A stretch of DNA of 63,971 bases, the filler included, from Calcarisporiella thermophila CBS 279.70 (lineage: Eukaryota; Fungi; Calcarisporiellomycota), in the NCBI RefSeq assembly GCF_041956535.1. It is 6 parts of 6 records of this genome, joined end to end, with 100 filler letters (N's around TTAATTAATTAA, not from the genome) between each part and the next. Parts side by side here need not be neighbours in the genome. Positions count along the whole stretch, not along the records: positions 1 to 14,840 come from NW_027192238.1; positions 14,941 to 19,173 come from NW_027192207.1; positions 19,274 to 29,289 come from NW_027192220.1; 3 more parts are not named here. One strand, written 5' to 3'. This document shows positions 11,574-23,299 of the stretch, piece by piece. The position numbers and the translations under genes were made by a program. Below the pieces are notes generated by a model, which did not search any database, was not told where the DNA came from, and was given only the letters and a program-made list of their open reading frames with translations. The first letter of the stretch is position 1. Each line of letters opens with the position of its first letter.

Positions 11574-12944
11574 TTAGGAAAGGAATGAATTGTATACTTT
11601 TTATTTATTGAGCTTTTCAAAGGTTTTTTTTTTGTAATCTTTCTCTAAGGAAATTCAAAATTTTTTAGTCCTGAATTTCAAAATATAAGAGAAGTGGGAA
11701 TGAAAATTCTTTAGATATAATCAATTTTAAGAAGGGTAATGAAAGTGGCTTAGTGAGCTTCTCTTTTCATATATTTTCATCCAATGCAGGCTTGATGTAT
11801 GAGGACTAGTGGCTTTTACATCCTAATGGGGTCTCAATTTCTTCCTAACCCTAAGTTCAAAATTCATTAAGAACAGTACAAATTTTCGTATATGAATCTT
11901 TTGAAATTGTTAATGACTTAATTTCTCCTTGAATATTTGCGATTCTTATTTATGACATTTGCACACGGAACATTTATTCTCTTTGATAGGGGGTTCACTT
12001 TGGATCAACTAAAAGTTTCGCAAAAAAGTTCGTCGTCCTGTTAGCTTGCCAATTATTTTTCTCTCATATTTATATAAACTCTCTTAATTCATTTAGTTTC
12101 TGTGCATTTATTGGAAAAATTAAGAAAACGAAATGAGCCCGTGGGTTTAGCTGCACTTGTACCAGAGCTGCTTGTTGATTTCACATGCAATCACGCACAA
12201 ATCTGCAACGCGATATATCGACAAATGTAACATGGCAAATTCTTGCATTTAGTTCGAATGTCAATGAAACAATGTCTTTTTAAAAATTAGTAGAAGTGGT
12301 AATAATAGCTCTCAAGATTTTCCTACAGTCCTCGAACAAATTACCGAGTTAGCAAAGCGTTCGATTGGGTCAGCTAAGAAATGCCAACTAATTGCATTTA
12401 CTTCGATTTCACTTTCAGCTGGTATGAGCTATTCCCAAATTTATCAATATGACTTTGATGACATATTTTTTTATATTCAATAGAGCAGCTCTCTCTGTCC
12501 TATATGAATTTCAGCTACGTTCATATTGTTACATTTTCGTTAACTGACAGTGGAGAATGTAATTTTGTTTTGAAACATAAGGCAAAATCTTATTTCTGGA
12601 ATCTTTCACCACGTGGAAGTTGCTGGCTATTACGTGAGATTCCTTTGCCCCCCTCTGGAGTTACTGCCTGTGTCGAAGGGATCATTAAATATTGTACGTA
12701 TTTGGGTTTTAAAAACGGGGTAGTGTGAATTGTGAGAATAACGATAGTTATAGATAAAGCAAATATTTCGCGTATTATTCTAGGCGCATTGGAGACCCAT
12801 GTACTGACTTTGCCATTTTTTGACGTTGAATATGAAGCAGGTAAATTGAAAGGCCCTTTATAATGCATCAGTTATATTTTGAAACTAATTTAATCTCAAC
12901 ATTTTGTAGCATTTTTTCCCGATACTATTACACTGGCCGGCTTC

Positions 12945-13936
12945 ATGGAGGGAGCAAATTTAAAGATGCTTCCATCCACTACTGAATATCGGCTAACTAA
13001 TGATCCTTGCAATTCTCCAAAAGTATAGCTATTCCAGATTATTCACTTAGAGAGATCGCTCATAACGCTTTAATCATAACAGGCAAATCATGTATATAAC
13101 TTAATAAATGATATGCTCAATGCCCGGAAAAATATGATTGTTTTGGTGGAGAGTCAACGCCAGCAAGGCATTATTATGCCATTTCCGGATGCGAACTGTT
13201 TAGGTTTGTGTAGATAATTTAGAATACTTAAGCAATACTCGTTTTCTCCATGAGTTATATATCATCAGATCTTATCTTGAAGATGTTACCGCAGGGCCTT
13301 GAAATTACAGAGGTGGGATCGGCATGGCCCTTTGCAAAACGTCAGGAAGATATCGACTTAGCAATTTCGCGAGCCAGAAGTTATATGAATTCAATAGAAC
13401 AAACTGACATACCTATCATTCGACCCGAATATCTCCAAGTAAGTGCCATTTTTAATGGCAAGATTCTTTATTTTGCAGGCTCTCCGATATAATATTTCCT
13501 ATTGATTTTCTGCCAGACATGCTTACAAAACCTTAGTAAATACTGCGACCAGCTTCCACAAGATGCTAACCTCTTCAATAGCACGTAAGATATCTCTTAT
13601 ATTTATACTTTGGCGCAAATCTGGTTATCAATTTCAGTATATTCTGTAGCATTACTCAACTAGAAAATATCATATCAACGTACAAGTATGATTCATTGGC
13701 AGAATCAATTGTGAAGATATTGGAATCAAAACGAAGGTGATATATTTTCCCAACCTCCAATATATATTTTGTCATATAGATCGATTTTCTTTCCGCTTCT
13801 ATCCAATAGGAATCTTCTTCCAACATCTCCTTCGTTTACTATAATATCACAACAACTCGCTCATTTTCAACGAGAGGCAATTGAGGAACCGGTGCAACAT
13901 CAATCCTCGCGCCTATCTTTAATGGACCTTATATAA
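12945..13936 (+). CDS. Hypothetical multi-exon protein
   Basis: Consecutive open exons with GT-AG introns (...LILKMLPQGLEITEVGSAWPFAKRQED...). Start is uncertain and no family recognised. Confidence 0.5.
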
Positions 13937-14048
13937 CCATGTCATGAAGAATTAAAGCAAATAAAACTGGAATCATTCGCTAATACTTTTATATATTCCA
14001 ATTATAATAGAAAAAAAAATTTTTTTTGCTATACTATGGATACAACTC

Positions 14049-14366
14049 TATACCCAAGTTGATCTATATGGATGTTTTATAAAGGTTTGTTTTCAGTGAA
14101 AAAAATTGTTATTTATACTGTTAAAATTTTCCTGAATACTTAACGTGAACTCTGCATTTTTTATATCTTTTCTGGCAACCTCAATGATATTTTGTTATAA
14201 AAAATAATCAAGGATCAAGGCACCCGATCCAACTACTAAACCTGTCATATCCTGCTAATTAGCTTCAAGTCTTATCTGAGAGACCTTTTCATGTGTGTTT
14301 CTCGGTTTTACTTTTGAACTTTCATTAAGAGAGTTCGAATTACTTTGTATATACGAAAAAAAAAAA
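14049..14366 (+). mobile_element. Putative retroposed poly(A) insertion
   Basis: A12 tract at 14356-14367. ATACAACTC at 14040-14048 and 14367-14375 is a candidate TSD. Confidence 0.4.
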
Positions 14367-14659
14367 ATACAACTCAGCAACTTAAGGAGTTACATGCACG
14401 AGTTAAATAAGTCATGACCACGCTTCCTGTGGATTCTAGAGAAAAAGACCATTGCAGAGTTCGTAGCGGGCGTCAAGGAAGAGAGCACGTACAATCTGAC
14501 TTTTCAGTTCGTTCATGAGCGTTTGCCTTTGCGTGACCCTAGATGTTCCTTCGATAGGTTAACCTTTGCACAGTACTAGGTATCAGTAGCTGTTATGTTT
14601 GATTTTAAGCTATAATACTATTAACAGTTAATAGTAACAAAATATATTGAAAAATATAA

Positions 14660-14744
14660 TCCGGCCACCCGGATTCGAACCAGGGACCTAAAGATTGCTA
14701 TGGATCACTACAGTCTTCCGCTCTACCAGCTGAGCTATAGCCGG
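14660..14744 (-). tRNA. tRNA-Tyr(GTA) with ~12-nt intron
   Basis: Minus strand CCGGCTA-TAGCTCAGCTGGTAGAGC-G-GAAGA-CTGTAG-[intron]-ATCTTT-AGGTC-CCTGGTTCGAATCCGGG-TGGCCGG-A. Confidence 0.95.
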
Positions 14745-14840
14745 ATATCAGATATTTTTTTTCGTATGCTTGTTGTGTGGAATATTGGGAGGTGTTGAGA
14801 TAATGTACGTATCCCGCTTATCCTTGGTGGGATGCCGATG

Positions 14841-14940
14841 NNNNNNNNNNNNNNNNNNNNNNNNNNNNNNNNNNNNNNNNNNNNTTAATTAATTAANNNN
14901 NNNNNNNNNNNNNNNNNNNNNNNNNNNNNNNNNNNNNNNN
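14841..14940. other. Artificial contig linker (N44-TTAATTAATTAA-N44)
   Basis: The same 100-bp spacer with stops in all six frames recurs at 19174-19273, 29290-29389, 55464-55563 and 61756-61855. Confidence 0.97.
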
Positions 14941-15088
14941 TTTTGGGCTTCTACTCTTTATTCCCTTACTTCACGTTTATCACCTTCTCACTATTGATCA
15001 AAAAAAGCAGTACAGGATATTTGGGATAAGCACCCTTTTGCTGGTTGCGATTCTTCACGCTCCTAATCATTCAGGATATCGGAGTTCA

Positions 15089-15173
15089 GGGCGTTTGGTG
15101 TAGTGGTATCACATCTGCTTTGCAATCATCGCAAAAATGCAGAAGGCCGTGGGTTCAATCCCCACAGCGTCCA
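15089..15173 (+). tRNA. tRNA-Ala(TGC) with ~13-nt intron
   Basis: Acceptor GGGCGTT/AGCGTCC with G3:U70, anticodon arm TCTGC-TTTGCA-[intron]-TGCAGA, T-arm GTGGGTTCAATCCCCAC. Confidence 0.92.
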
Positions 15174-15349
15174 CACTTTTCCTTTTGTCTATTTGTTTTT
15201 CTTCGGCACCTCTTCTATCTCTATTATCTGTTCACGCTAGAATTTCTAGGATCATTTATTGTGAGGTAATTTTGTTTGATCACTAGTTTTGTATATTCAC
15301 TTGACAAACTCTTCATTTTATATTTCTTTTCGTATTCCAACATTAACCA

Positions 15350-16300
15350 GTGGCGGTACCTAGACGCATTTAACGTAAAAGGCTACCTCTTTAACTAGAA
15401 AGTCGTTTTCAATAGAAGATTGTAGCTTAAAAGAAAACGAGAACACAAAGTTTTCTTTGAGCCAAACTTTTGAATTTCCATATGCTTTCGCCTCTCACCC
15501 CAATTATCTTAAAGCTTCACGAAGAATAGTTCAGATTAACGAACGGGACTGAGAATTGTAATATAAACTGAATGTGCAGTGACAGTGTGGAAAAGATTGG
15601 CACATTTAACTTCTGGATATGACCCAAAGCCTTCGACAACAGACCTTGGGTAAAATCAATCGCATTTTTAAAGCTACGAGCAACTCTTCCGATATTACGA
15701 AGTATGAGGCGGCCTATGGAATTCACCACAATCCTATATTGCGATATGGTCTGGAACACATTCAAGGTTAGATGATTATGAAAGAGAGTTTAATAGCATT
15801 CAGATAGTGTGTTTTTATTGCGGTTTTATTTCTCAGCTCTTCAATGGCTTCAAGTGTATCGGCGAGTTGGAAACGAAGAGTTAAAACAATAATCGAAGAG
15901 GGATGATTATCCAGAATATAATATAACAAGAAGTAATCACCAAATTTAAAGAAGTCCGGTACATGAAATCTATGCATATCTATAGTGTGGAAACATTTTC
16001 AATGCAGATTTCTTTAGTAGTTCAGGATCAATCCACCGGTGAATGTAACGCAAAGATTTCCCCCAAGGCCGTATGATCGGATATCCCTTGTTGGGTAAGT
16101 TGTCAGGGTAAAAGTAATAATAAAAGCTGAACTACAGACTCAGATTCTGGAAAAACCCAGATGGTAAGTGCTAGCATGCGAAATTCTCTCACCCGATAAA
16201 CTAGAGCTAATCTTCATAGTTAAATGAAATACAGTTCAAACAATAGATGCGGATACTGGGCTCATCAATCAAGGTGTCCCCTTCGAACTCTAAGAGAGGA
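15350..16300 (+). mobile_element. Very degenerate LINE reverse transcriptase relic
   Basis: WRYLDAFNVKGYLFN*KVVFNRRL resembles WRPISLLNxDYKI...NRL. LD..KAFD (frameshifted) lies near 15613-15637. Many stops; end is approximate. Confidence 0.45.
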
Positions 16301-16881
16301 AGTACCCGCGCAAATGTTGGCATAGACAACCTTTGGTTGTAAACAGGCAATTTTTCTATGGATTTGGTACATGCTGTTATGATCATATATATTTCACATC
16401 ATTGCATGAGAGTGAGCATAGGTAGGATTACTAAAGCGATGCCATATACCCTACGTCTGTATTGTACTCAATATCCCTTGTTGAAAGGTTTTACTTCGGT
16501 TGCAATTCAAAGCTATAGTTAAAAATTGATATCCTTTGCATTTATGCACATCACATTAATGTGACTAAGCCTGAAATAGCACTTTATTCACATTCGCTAT
16601 TAGGTGTGGAGAATGTCTACTGTTCACATAGAAGATAGCTAGATGATTTTAATGCTAAAAGCGGTGATAAGATTACAAGAAAATCAAAAACATTTATATT
16701 TCAATGTGATAATAAACCGAAGAGCTGAAATATTGGAGGAAAAAAGCTTATGAAAAAATACTCTTCTGATAATACAGAATATATAAAAAACATATAGTAT
16801 TTTAAACAGATGTTATAGAGAGAAAGGAAGAAAAAAAAAAAAACAGAGACAATAAATAAACCAAGATAACAATTACAGCCT

Positions 16882-17294
16882 TTATCGCACGGAGATATGA
16901 ACGCTATTCGTATTGGGTCCTAAATAATAGGAGGATGCGGCTTGTTTTGAAGGTGGGGGAGGGAGGGTGACAGGTGTGCGATTGTTGGGATCTACTATTG
17001 GAATGGCTTTGCGAGGAGAGCTACGTGGCGTAGAATATGTGCTGGCGGATATAGTGGGAGAGGTAAGAGGGGTCAGTGATTGAACTCGCTCCGAGAGCTG
17101 ACGGCGCAATTGGGCAAATTCATCGGGTGTAAGGCTTGGACAAAACTCAAGATCGTCTTCGAAACAGCGAGCAGCCTCTTCGCGGCTACGGTAGTATTCT
17201 AGAGAGCGCACTGGATGGAGAAAGGTTATCGTACAATTCCATACTCCATGACATGTTTGACATTTTATAGATAATTACCATGAAATTCTGTCAT
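16882..17294 (-). CDS. Small Ser/Pro-rich protein with FEDDLEFCP and KAIPIVDP motifs, 2 exons
   Basis: Exon 1 17294-17279 (MTEFH-G), GT-AG intron 17278-17211, in-frame join to VRSLEYYRSREEAARCFEDDLEFCP. Confidence 0.8.
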
Positions 17295-19273
17295 TTTATG
17301 TATAACGATAGTAGCAATAGTCTGGAGAAAATGGTTGTGAGCGCTTGTTACTAATGCGATGTATAATGGGGCGATATAATTACCTAGCAAGATTTTGGCA
17401 GCTTTTTGGATGTAAAACGTGGAGGAACAGGAAGAAAGAGCGAGAACAAAAAAAAAGGCCATCTGCTGAGCGTAGACGTCACTGCGAAATGTCGTACACC
17501 TTTTCATTGGAGATCAATAAATGGCACAGTACACGGGTTCTTTGTGACGATCCCAGTAATTCTTAACATACCCGCTGATCTATCTCAAAATTGTCACAAA
17601 AGCATACAGTAATGCGTGGCTAATCCGATATTTATAATTCACTCAATTCCAGATAATAAGAAAAACTAGAGGAATTTATTAGTGGAGTTGGCAAAGGAAA
17701 AATGTCCCAAATTTTCTATACCTCAACTAAAAAGGCCCTCTGGAATATAGGTGTTCGCTTGGGATGCGTCCTCCAAAGCTGAGTCGGGTCATGCTTGCTA
17801 ATTGCATCAGGTATTTTTGGAGGACTACTTGGCAGATATTGCCAATTGGCTGAAAGAGAGGAGCCACAAGCAAACTCCTCTATATAAATATACCTCTTCG
17901 CAATTATATCATTTTCATTGACAAAATTGACTCCACTCCATCCCTTATTTCGGATATTCAGAGGAAAGGGCTGTGTACTCTATTTGCTATTAATAGAATC
18001 ATATTGCACAGGATTAGGGTCCCCATGTATAATTAACTTGTACATACCCAGCTTATCTCAAAATGGCAAAAATATATTAGGGGAACGATAGGTTAGTGGG
18101 TATAGCGTACCTACTGTGTATTGTTTTCAAGTAGATCTGCCACTACTAGACTGCCCCTAAAGCACAAGCTCTCCTATATTTTCGAAACTCCCATATAATG
18201 GTCTATTTTGCAAAAATAGTCGCTCAACCCCCCCCCCCCTGTTTACCGAAGGCTAGGGAGCAGGAGTTGTGACAGCACCTAATTGCACATAAGAACTGGC
18301 CAAGCCCGGACTTTGTTCGCTTCGACATAAACTCTGATCTATCCGAAAATCATCTCTCTCACATGAAACCCAACTCACGCGCCCACAAAACCTATATTCC
18401 ATAAGCTGACTACAAGGTCACAAACAAACAAACGTTTTGTTTTTCCTGTTTCATGTTCCAAAAGTTCCATCCAACTGGGTACTTTAAAGTGATTAAATTT
18501 CTATGCCACTCATGCCATTCGTGCCTCTTTGCATCATCACTCTGAGTTTCAATACCATTTCGATAACAGTACATTTCCATCCAGGTGAAATCCATCGTCC
18601 CGTTAAGACATATCAGCAACGTCGAAGGCCCGCTCTCCCGGACACTGCACTTTTCTCTCTCGGACGCTGATGTCACGGTTGATTAGGGAATATCGACGCT
18701 TCAGTGTGGTTGACGAAATACATACCAGATCCTTGATGACGAGGGATTTATTGGATTAGCTCAGTAGAATTATAGCTTGGCAAACGGCCGACCAATCGAA
18801 ATTAAAGGGTCCTTTTTAAATGAAACTTCCGACGCTTTTTTATTTATTTACAGCATTTTACAATACGGAGAAACAGTGTCAATTGCGGAAATTTTCAGCA
18901 TATTGCCCCGAGGTCGAGCTTTTAGGTCACATTATCTTCCCCTTTTTTTCTTGGATTCCACAATTTATAATCACTATTCTTTGTTTTTCTTTAACCCCCT
19001 TTCTCTTTGACTATTCACACCGCTTATTTCACCTTATTTGTTGTATCTGTATGCTCATATACTAAACCTGCCACCATAGACAGCCATGGCATGCTCTTTG
19101 CCTCCTATTGCAACCCTCCTGGAATTCCCTTTCCCTAAACTTCCGCCTCAAGACTTGCCTTCGCCCTCCGAGANNNNNNNNNNNNNNNNNNNNNNNNNNN
19201 NNNNNNNNNNNNNNNNNTTAATTAATTAANNNNNNNNNNNNNNNNNNNNNNNNNNNNNNNNNNNNNNNNNNNN

Positions 19274-19421
19274 GGTAGTTATGGATAGTGTGAGATAGGA
19301 GAGTAAGAGAAAACTCCGCTTAGTTTATTCCAAAGTCCAAAAGCCAATATATATATGCAAGCAATGATGATGTCACAAATAGTCACAAGTATAAGGCAAG
19401 CTGAAACTACGAAACGTAACA
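19274..19421 (-). mobile_element. Partial LTR at contig edge
   Basis: The minus strand begins TGTTACG, then has a TATATATA box and AATAAA before running into the contig end. The other terminus is not visible. Confidence 0.4.
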
Positions 19422-19832
19422 GCGGCTTTTCCTTGCTGAAGCCACATCACCCTAGCCATTTTCTTTTGTATTTTCGACTTCTATTATTTTTATTTGTTCT
19501 CTTCTCACAAAAAAAAAAACTAGTACACTACGCACAATTTCAATGTTTTCGCACATATACACAGCAACAGAACATCTGAACAACCAAATTATCAACTATC
19601 TGATTGATCAATACCGATCCAAACCGGCTAAGGTCTTGAAGTGACTACCATTTGCGTAATTTTATTCCTGTGTATTAAGCATCTGCACTTACTGAGTGAC
19701 GGCATTAGCAACTTTAAGAATAAGGCTCACTTCATTCTGAATTGTAATTTCTTGAACCGCGGTAGTGAGAGGAGAATTCAAATAACTGACACTAACGCAC
19801 TGCAAAGCAAGCAGGCACTGTGATAGTTCACT

Positions 19833-21561
19833 ATGCCATCGTCTAGAGAATTGCAGGTCGCATTGAAAGCATTGCTGGAGGAGTGCCGGATCATGCTGCC
19901 ATCTACACCAGCACCACTGGCTGGAGGGCCATCGATGTCGGCGCAAGTGAAGTCGCTCAAGGATTGGACGAGATGGGATTTAGAAGATGAAGTAAAGGTC
20001 GAGGAACCACGAGAGAAGTGGATGGGTGTAGATGTTTGGCCTCAGGTCTCTACGCGGCCTCAGGTGGATGCGTGGATAGGCCAGCGCTGGGTATCTAGGA
20101 GTTGCCCCAGCGATGCTGAGTGGTTTCATCAGCAGTACAATAAGCTGATCAGCACTAAGGCGGAACCAGTACGCGTGATAATCAACCCCCCGGTGGTGAC
20201 AGATGTTGGCCATGAGTCCCTCCGGTGAGGGCGGTACAAGGTTGAAGCGCACCGGGTCACCGCTCTGGATGAGCCCATTATAGGCCTCCCCTGTGATCAT
20301 CCTAAGAAGGATGACTCGGTCAGTGTTTATCGGCCTGTCGGGTGGCATACAATAGTTGAGGCAAATGCCTTAGGCCACATTGAGGAGCTTATTCAGATTT
20401 TCATTGTATTCCCCGGTGCGGACGCCGCAGATGGCGTCGCGCCGCTGGCGATGGCTAGAGTGCTAACTAGATTTAGAGTGGGCACCCTATTGCAGCACGC
20501 GGAACAGTGTAATGCGTGTGCTGTTAGGGAAGCATTGGCGAGCGGAGCATTAGCTGTCGTTGACCCTGTGGAGGGGCCAACTGCTCAGAGACCGTTGATA
20601 AATGCGTTGTTGGGACTCGGTGGGGAGGCCGAGTCAGTACTGTCAACGCTCCAGTTGGGGAAGGGAGAGGTTCCTCCAGGGTGGGAATGAGGTCTGGACC
20701 TCAGCAGTGCACCGATGTCAGGATTTTATTTTGAACTAAAATTTTAATTTGTTTGTCTGTAAGGGTTAAATCCTGTTTATCGTTTTTCTCGATATTCTTT
20801 AAATAGCTCAGCTATTTGTCCTCTGATCCTTAATCCTATTTTTCTCTTATATTTTGACTATTATTTTACTATAGGAGTCCGAAAGTCGCAAACTACTCTC
20901 GTTACAACCGACGAGCGAGGCCACTGCCTTGACCAGGTCACACAAAGCCTTCGTAGAGGCAAAATGGGTGGCTTCACTTGCAGCAGAGGACTCGGCGTTG
21001 GCGTACCAGCTGATCCTGCTCACAGCCCGGCAGTATCCAGTAGGTCATTGCGGCCACATTGGGCAACCACTTTGGCGGATGCTTCACAATATGAATGAAA
21101 GGATGTGCAAGGGGTGGCACCCGCCTCAATAGCCGGTCTGTTGGCAGCACAGTTGGAGTACTTGGCACCGACCACGCCAAGACCTCGACACAATCAGGTG
21201 AAAGCCTTGCGTGCAATGCTACGGACAGTGAAGCGGCTGACGGACTGCGTGATCGATGGGTTGAGTGTGGAGCAAATACGGGAACTTGCACTAGCTTGCT
21301 CCAACACTATCCCACTCGTAGGTAGGAAGGCTGTTCTAGATACCATCGCGGACCACGCAGGCTGCATGTGCCTGTACGCACATCCTCACACCATAGACTG
21401 CCAGTCTGTTGCACCTGCTGTGAATGCCTTTGCCGAGGTTTATGGTGAGGCCTACCTCGATTGGAAGTGCTCGGTCTGCTTGTTGGCTGCACTGGATCAG
21501 GTGCCAGCCATAAGTGCGCAGGTGCATGAAAAGGTCAGTGGTTTGCTCAATATCCTACTCT
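19833..21561 (+). pseudogene. Intronless fossil ORF (~510 codons after reconstruction) of unknown origin; candidate endogenous viral element
   Basis: ORFs at 19833 and 20451 are in one frame, broken only by TGA 20226-20228 and TGA 20688-20690. Removing the LTR plus one TSD rejoins the frame to ORF 20929 (DLSSAP/TSEATALTRSH). One frameshift near 21100 leads to ORF 21105. GC-richer than its flanks. Confidence 0.7.
20716..20906. mobile_element. Solo LTR (191 bp) with 5-bp TSD
   Basis: TGT...ACA termini and a perfect ACCGA duplication at 20711-20715 and 20907-20911. Confidence 0.9.
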
Positions 21562-21752
21562 TGTGACGAAAGTAATTTTCAACTTTCGGACTCCTATAGT
21601 AAAAATAATAGTAAAAATAAAAGAGATAAATAGGAGTAAGGATCAGTAGACAAATAGCGGAGCTGTTTAAAGAATAACGAGAAAACGATAAACAGGATTT
21701 AACCCTTATAGACAAACAAGTTAAAATTTAAGTTCAAAATAAAATCCTGAGA
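21562..21752. mobile_element. Second copy of the same LTR family, inverted, without TSD
   Basis: Reverse complement aligns along the full length of 20716-20906 with scattered substitutions. Flanks ACTCT and GTCAA differ. Confidence 0.88.
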
Positions 21753-23213
21753 GTCAAGATTAACAGATTGTTGAAGAATCTTCGGACAAAAGGAACATCC
21801 CCGGTCCTGGTCAATGTGATAGCCTAGCTCTTCATCAACACCTCTTCCCAACCCGTTGTGAATGGAACACTGCTCGACCCCATACCCCACCAGAGGGGAT
21901 TGTTCCAAAGCTTACTCCCCTCCCCTTTGCTCTTCATTATTTAATTGATAACTTGGCGGAGCGAATCAATGGAAATCAACCATTTCCCACCCCGAGAGCA
22001 CTCTTCTTCGCCAACGACATCCTGATTCAAGGGAGAACCCAGAACAAAATTCAGGAATCCTTGGCTCTCTTAGAAACATGGCTCGTGGAGAATGGAATGG
22101 AAGCCAACATTGCCAAATGTGGAGTCACCGGAGTTAAGGAAGGCATGGGCTACCACCTAGCCAACTAAATAATCCCATACTACAAATATCTAGGCTTCCC
22201 TCACACGGGCAAAGGCATCGACTGGGAAAATCACCTCAGCCAGAGCACCGAAAAAACGCTACGCTCCCTCTGGTTCCTGGAAAGAGTTGGCATAGCATGG
22301 CCCTCATGGGTCAGATCAACTGTGTGTCGCTCCTTCTTGAGGCCCATATACGAATACGGCGCACCGATGTTGTATTGAGCTATTGAAAATAATCTAGTTC
22401 CATGAAACTGGCGCGACCAGCTGCAAGAAATACACAACAGAAGCCTGGCCTGGGTGTACAAGGTATCCTCAATCCCCGGAAAAAAAGCGCCCCTACTTTC
22501 ACGTCCTGCAGTCCATCTCGGGCATGGGATCGGCGATGGACAGATTCGAAACACTGGCATTCCGGTTCTGCTTCCACCTAAACAAGGCGCATCGAGACAA
22601 CCCAGCTATACTCATGCTTGTCCAGGAACGACAATTCCAGTGGCCGATCACCGCACCCTCCCACATTCTGCCCAAGTTCAAATCCCACCCGTGGTGGAGG
22701 GATTATGTGAACCAACCAAGAGTATGGGGCCGACAACAACCGCTCTCAGAATTTCTAGTGGAGAGACGCTTACAGCCACTAGTAAAATATACCCTGTGCT
22801 CTTACGTGCTCCCGTCATGCAGAGCACGAAGCGGGGTAGACAAATTCATCTTTTTCCCTGACCCTAACGTGGTGTCATGGGCGGTAAAATGGCGTCTCAA
22901 CACCTTCGGCATCGGGAAACGCTGTCCGGAATGCCGGCAGCCCATCAACAGAGCACACGTATTCTATTGTGACCTACCCTCCAACAACATAAATCTAAAC
23001 GAGGGAGACTTCGAGGCCAAGGCGGAAGAAGCCCGAGCGAACCGCATAGATACCCACTCTACCATCTTGGATTCTCTCCTGAACTGAAGCCAATACGAAA
23101 GATTCGCCAGGTGCATCTACTCACTCATCCGGCAATTCAAGGATTAGCAGGAGAAAAGGGTTGAACGACCCTTTTCCTCAACTCGTCTCTAGGGACTACA
23201 AACAAAAAAAAAA
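21753..23213 (+). mobile_element. 5'-truncated degenerate non-LTR retrotransposon (RT, C-terminal CCHC, 3' hairpin, poly(A))
   Basis: RGLFQS..SPLLF, LFFAND (decayed FADD), YKYLG and CPECRQPINRAHVFYC. Hairpin at 23153-23176 and A10 at 23204-23213. Confidence 0.85.
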
Positions 23214-23299
23214 GCAACAGATCCATCCCGAAATACCTGTTATGTTGTGGCGAAGCTATTTCATAAGCCGTCTCCCATCACCTAGAAAAAAGTGGGCCT

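Noticed and set aside
20226-20690. In-frame TGAs as selenocysteine or mitochondrial-code Trp
   Set aside because: No redox-motif context or SECIS seen, and Trp is otherwise TGG. The ORF also has an LTR insertion and a frameshift, so decay (for example CGA or TGG to TGA) is simpler.
21090-21132. Programmed -1 ribosomal frameshift in the fossil ORF
   Set aside because: No X XXY YYZ slippery heptamer at the overlap; a 1-bp deletion explains it.
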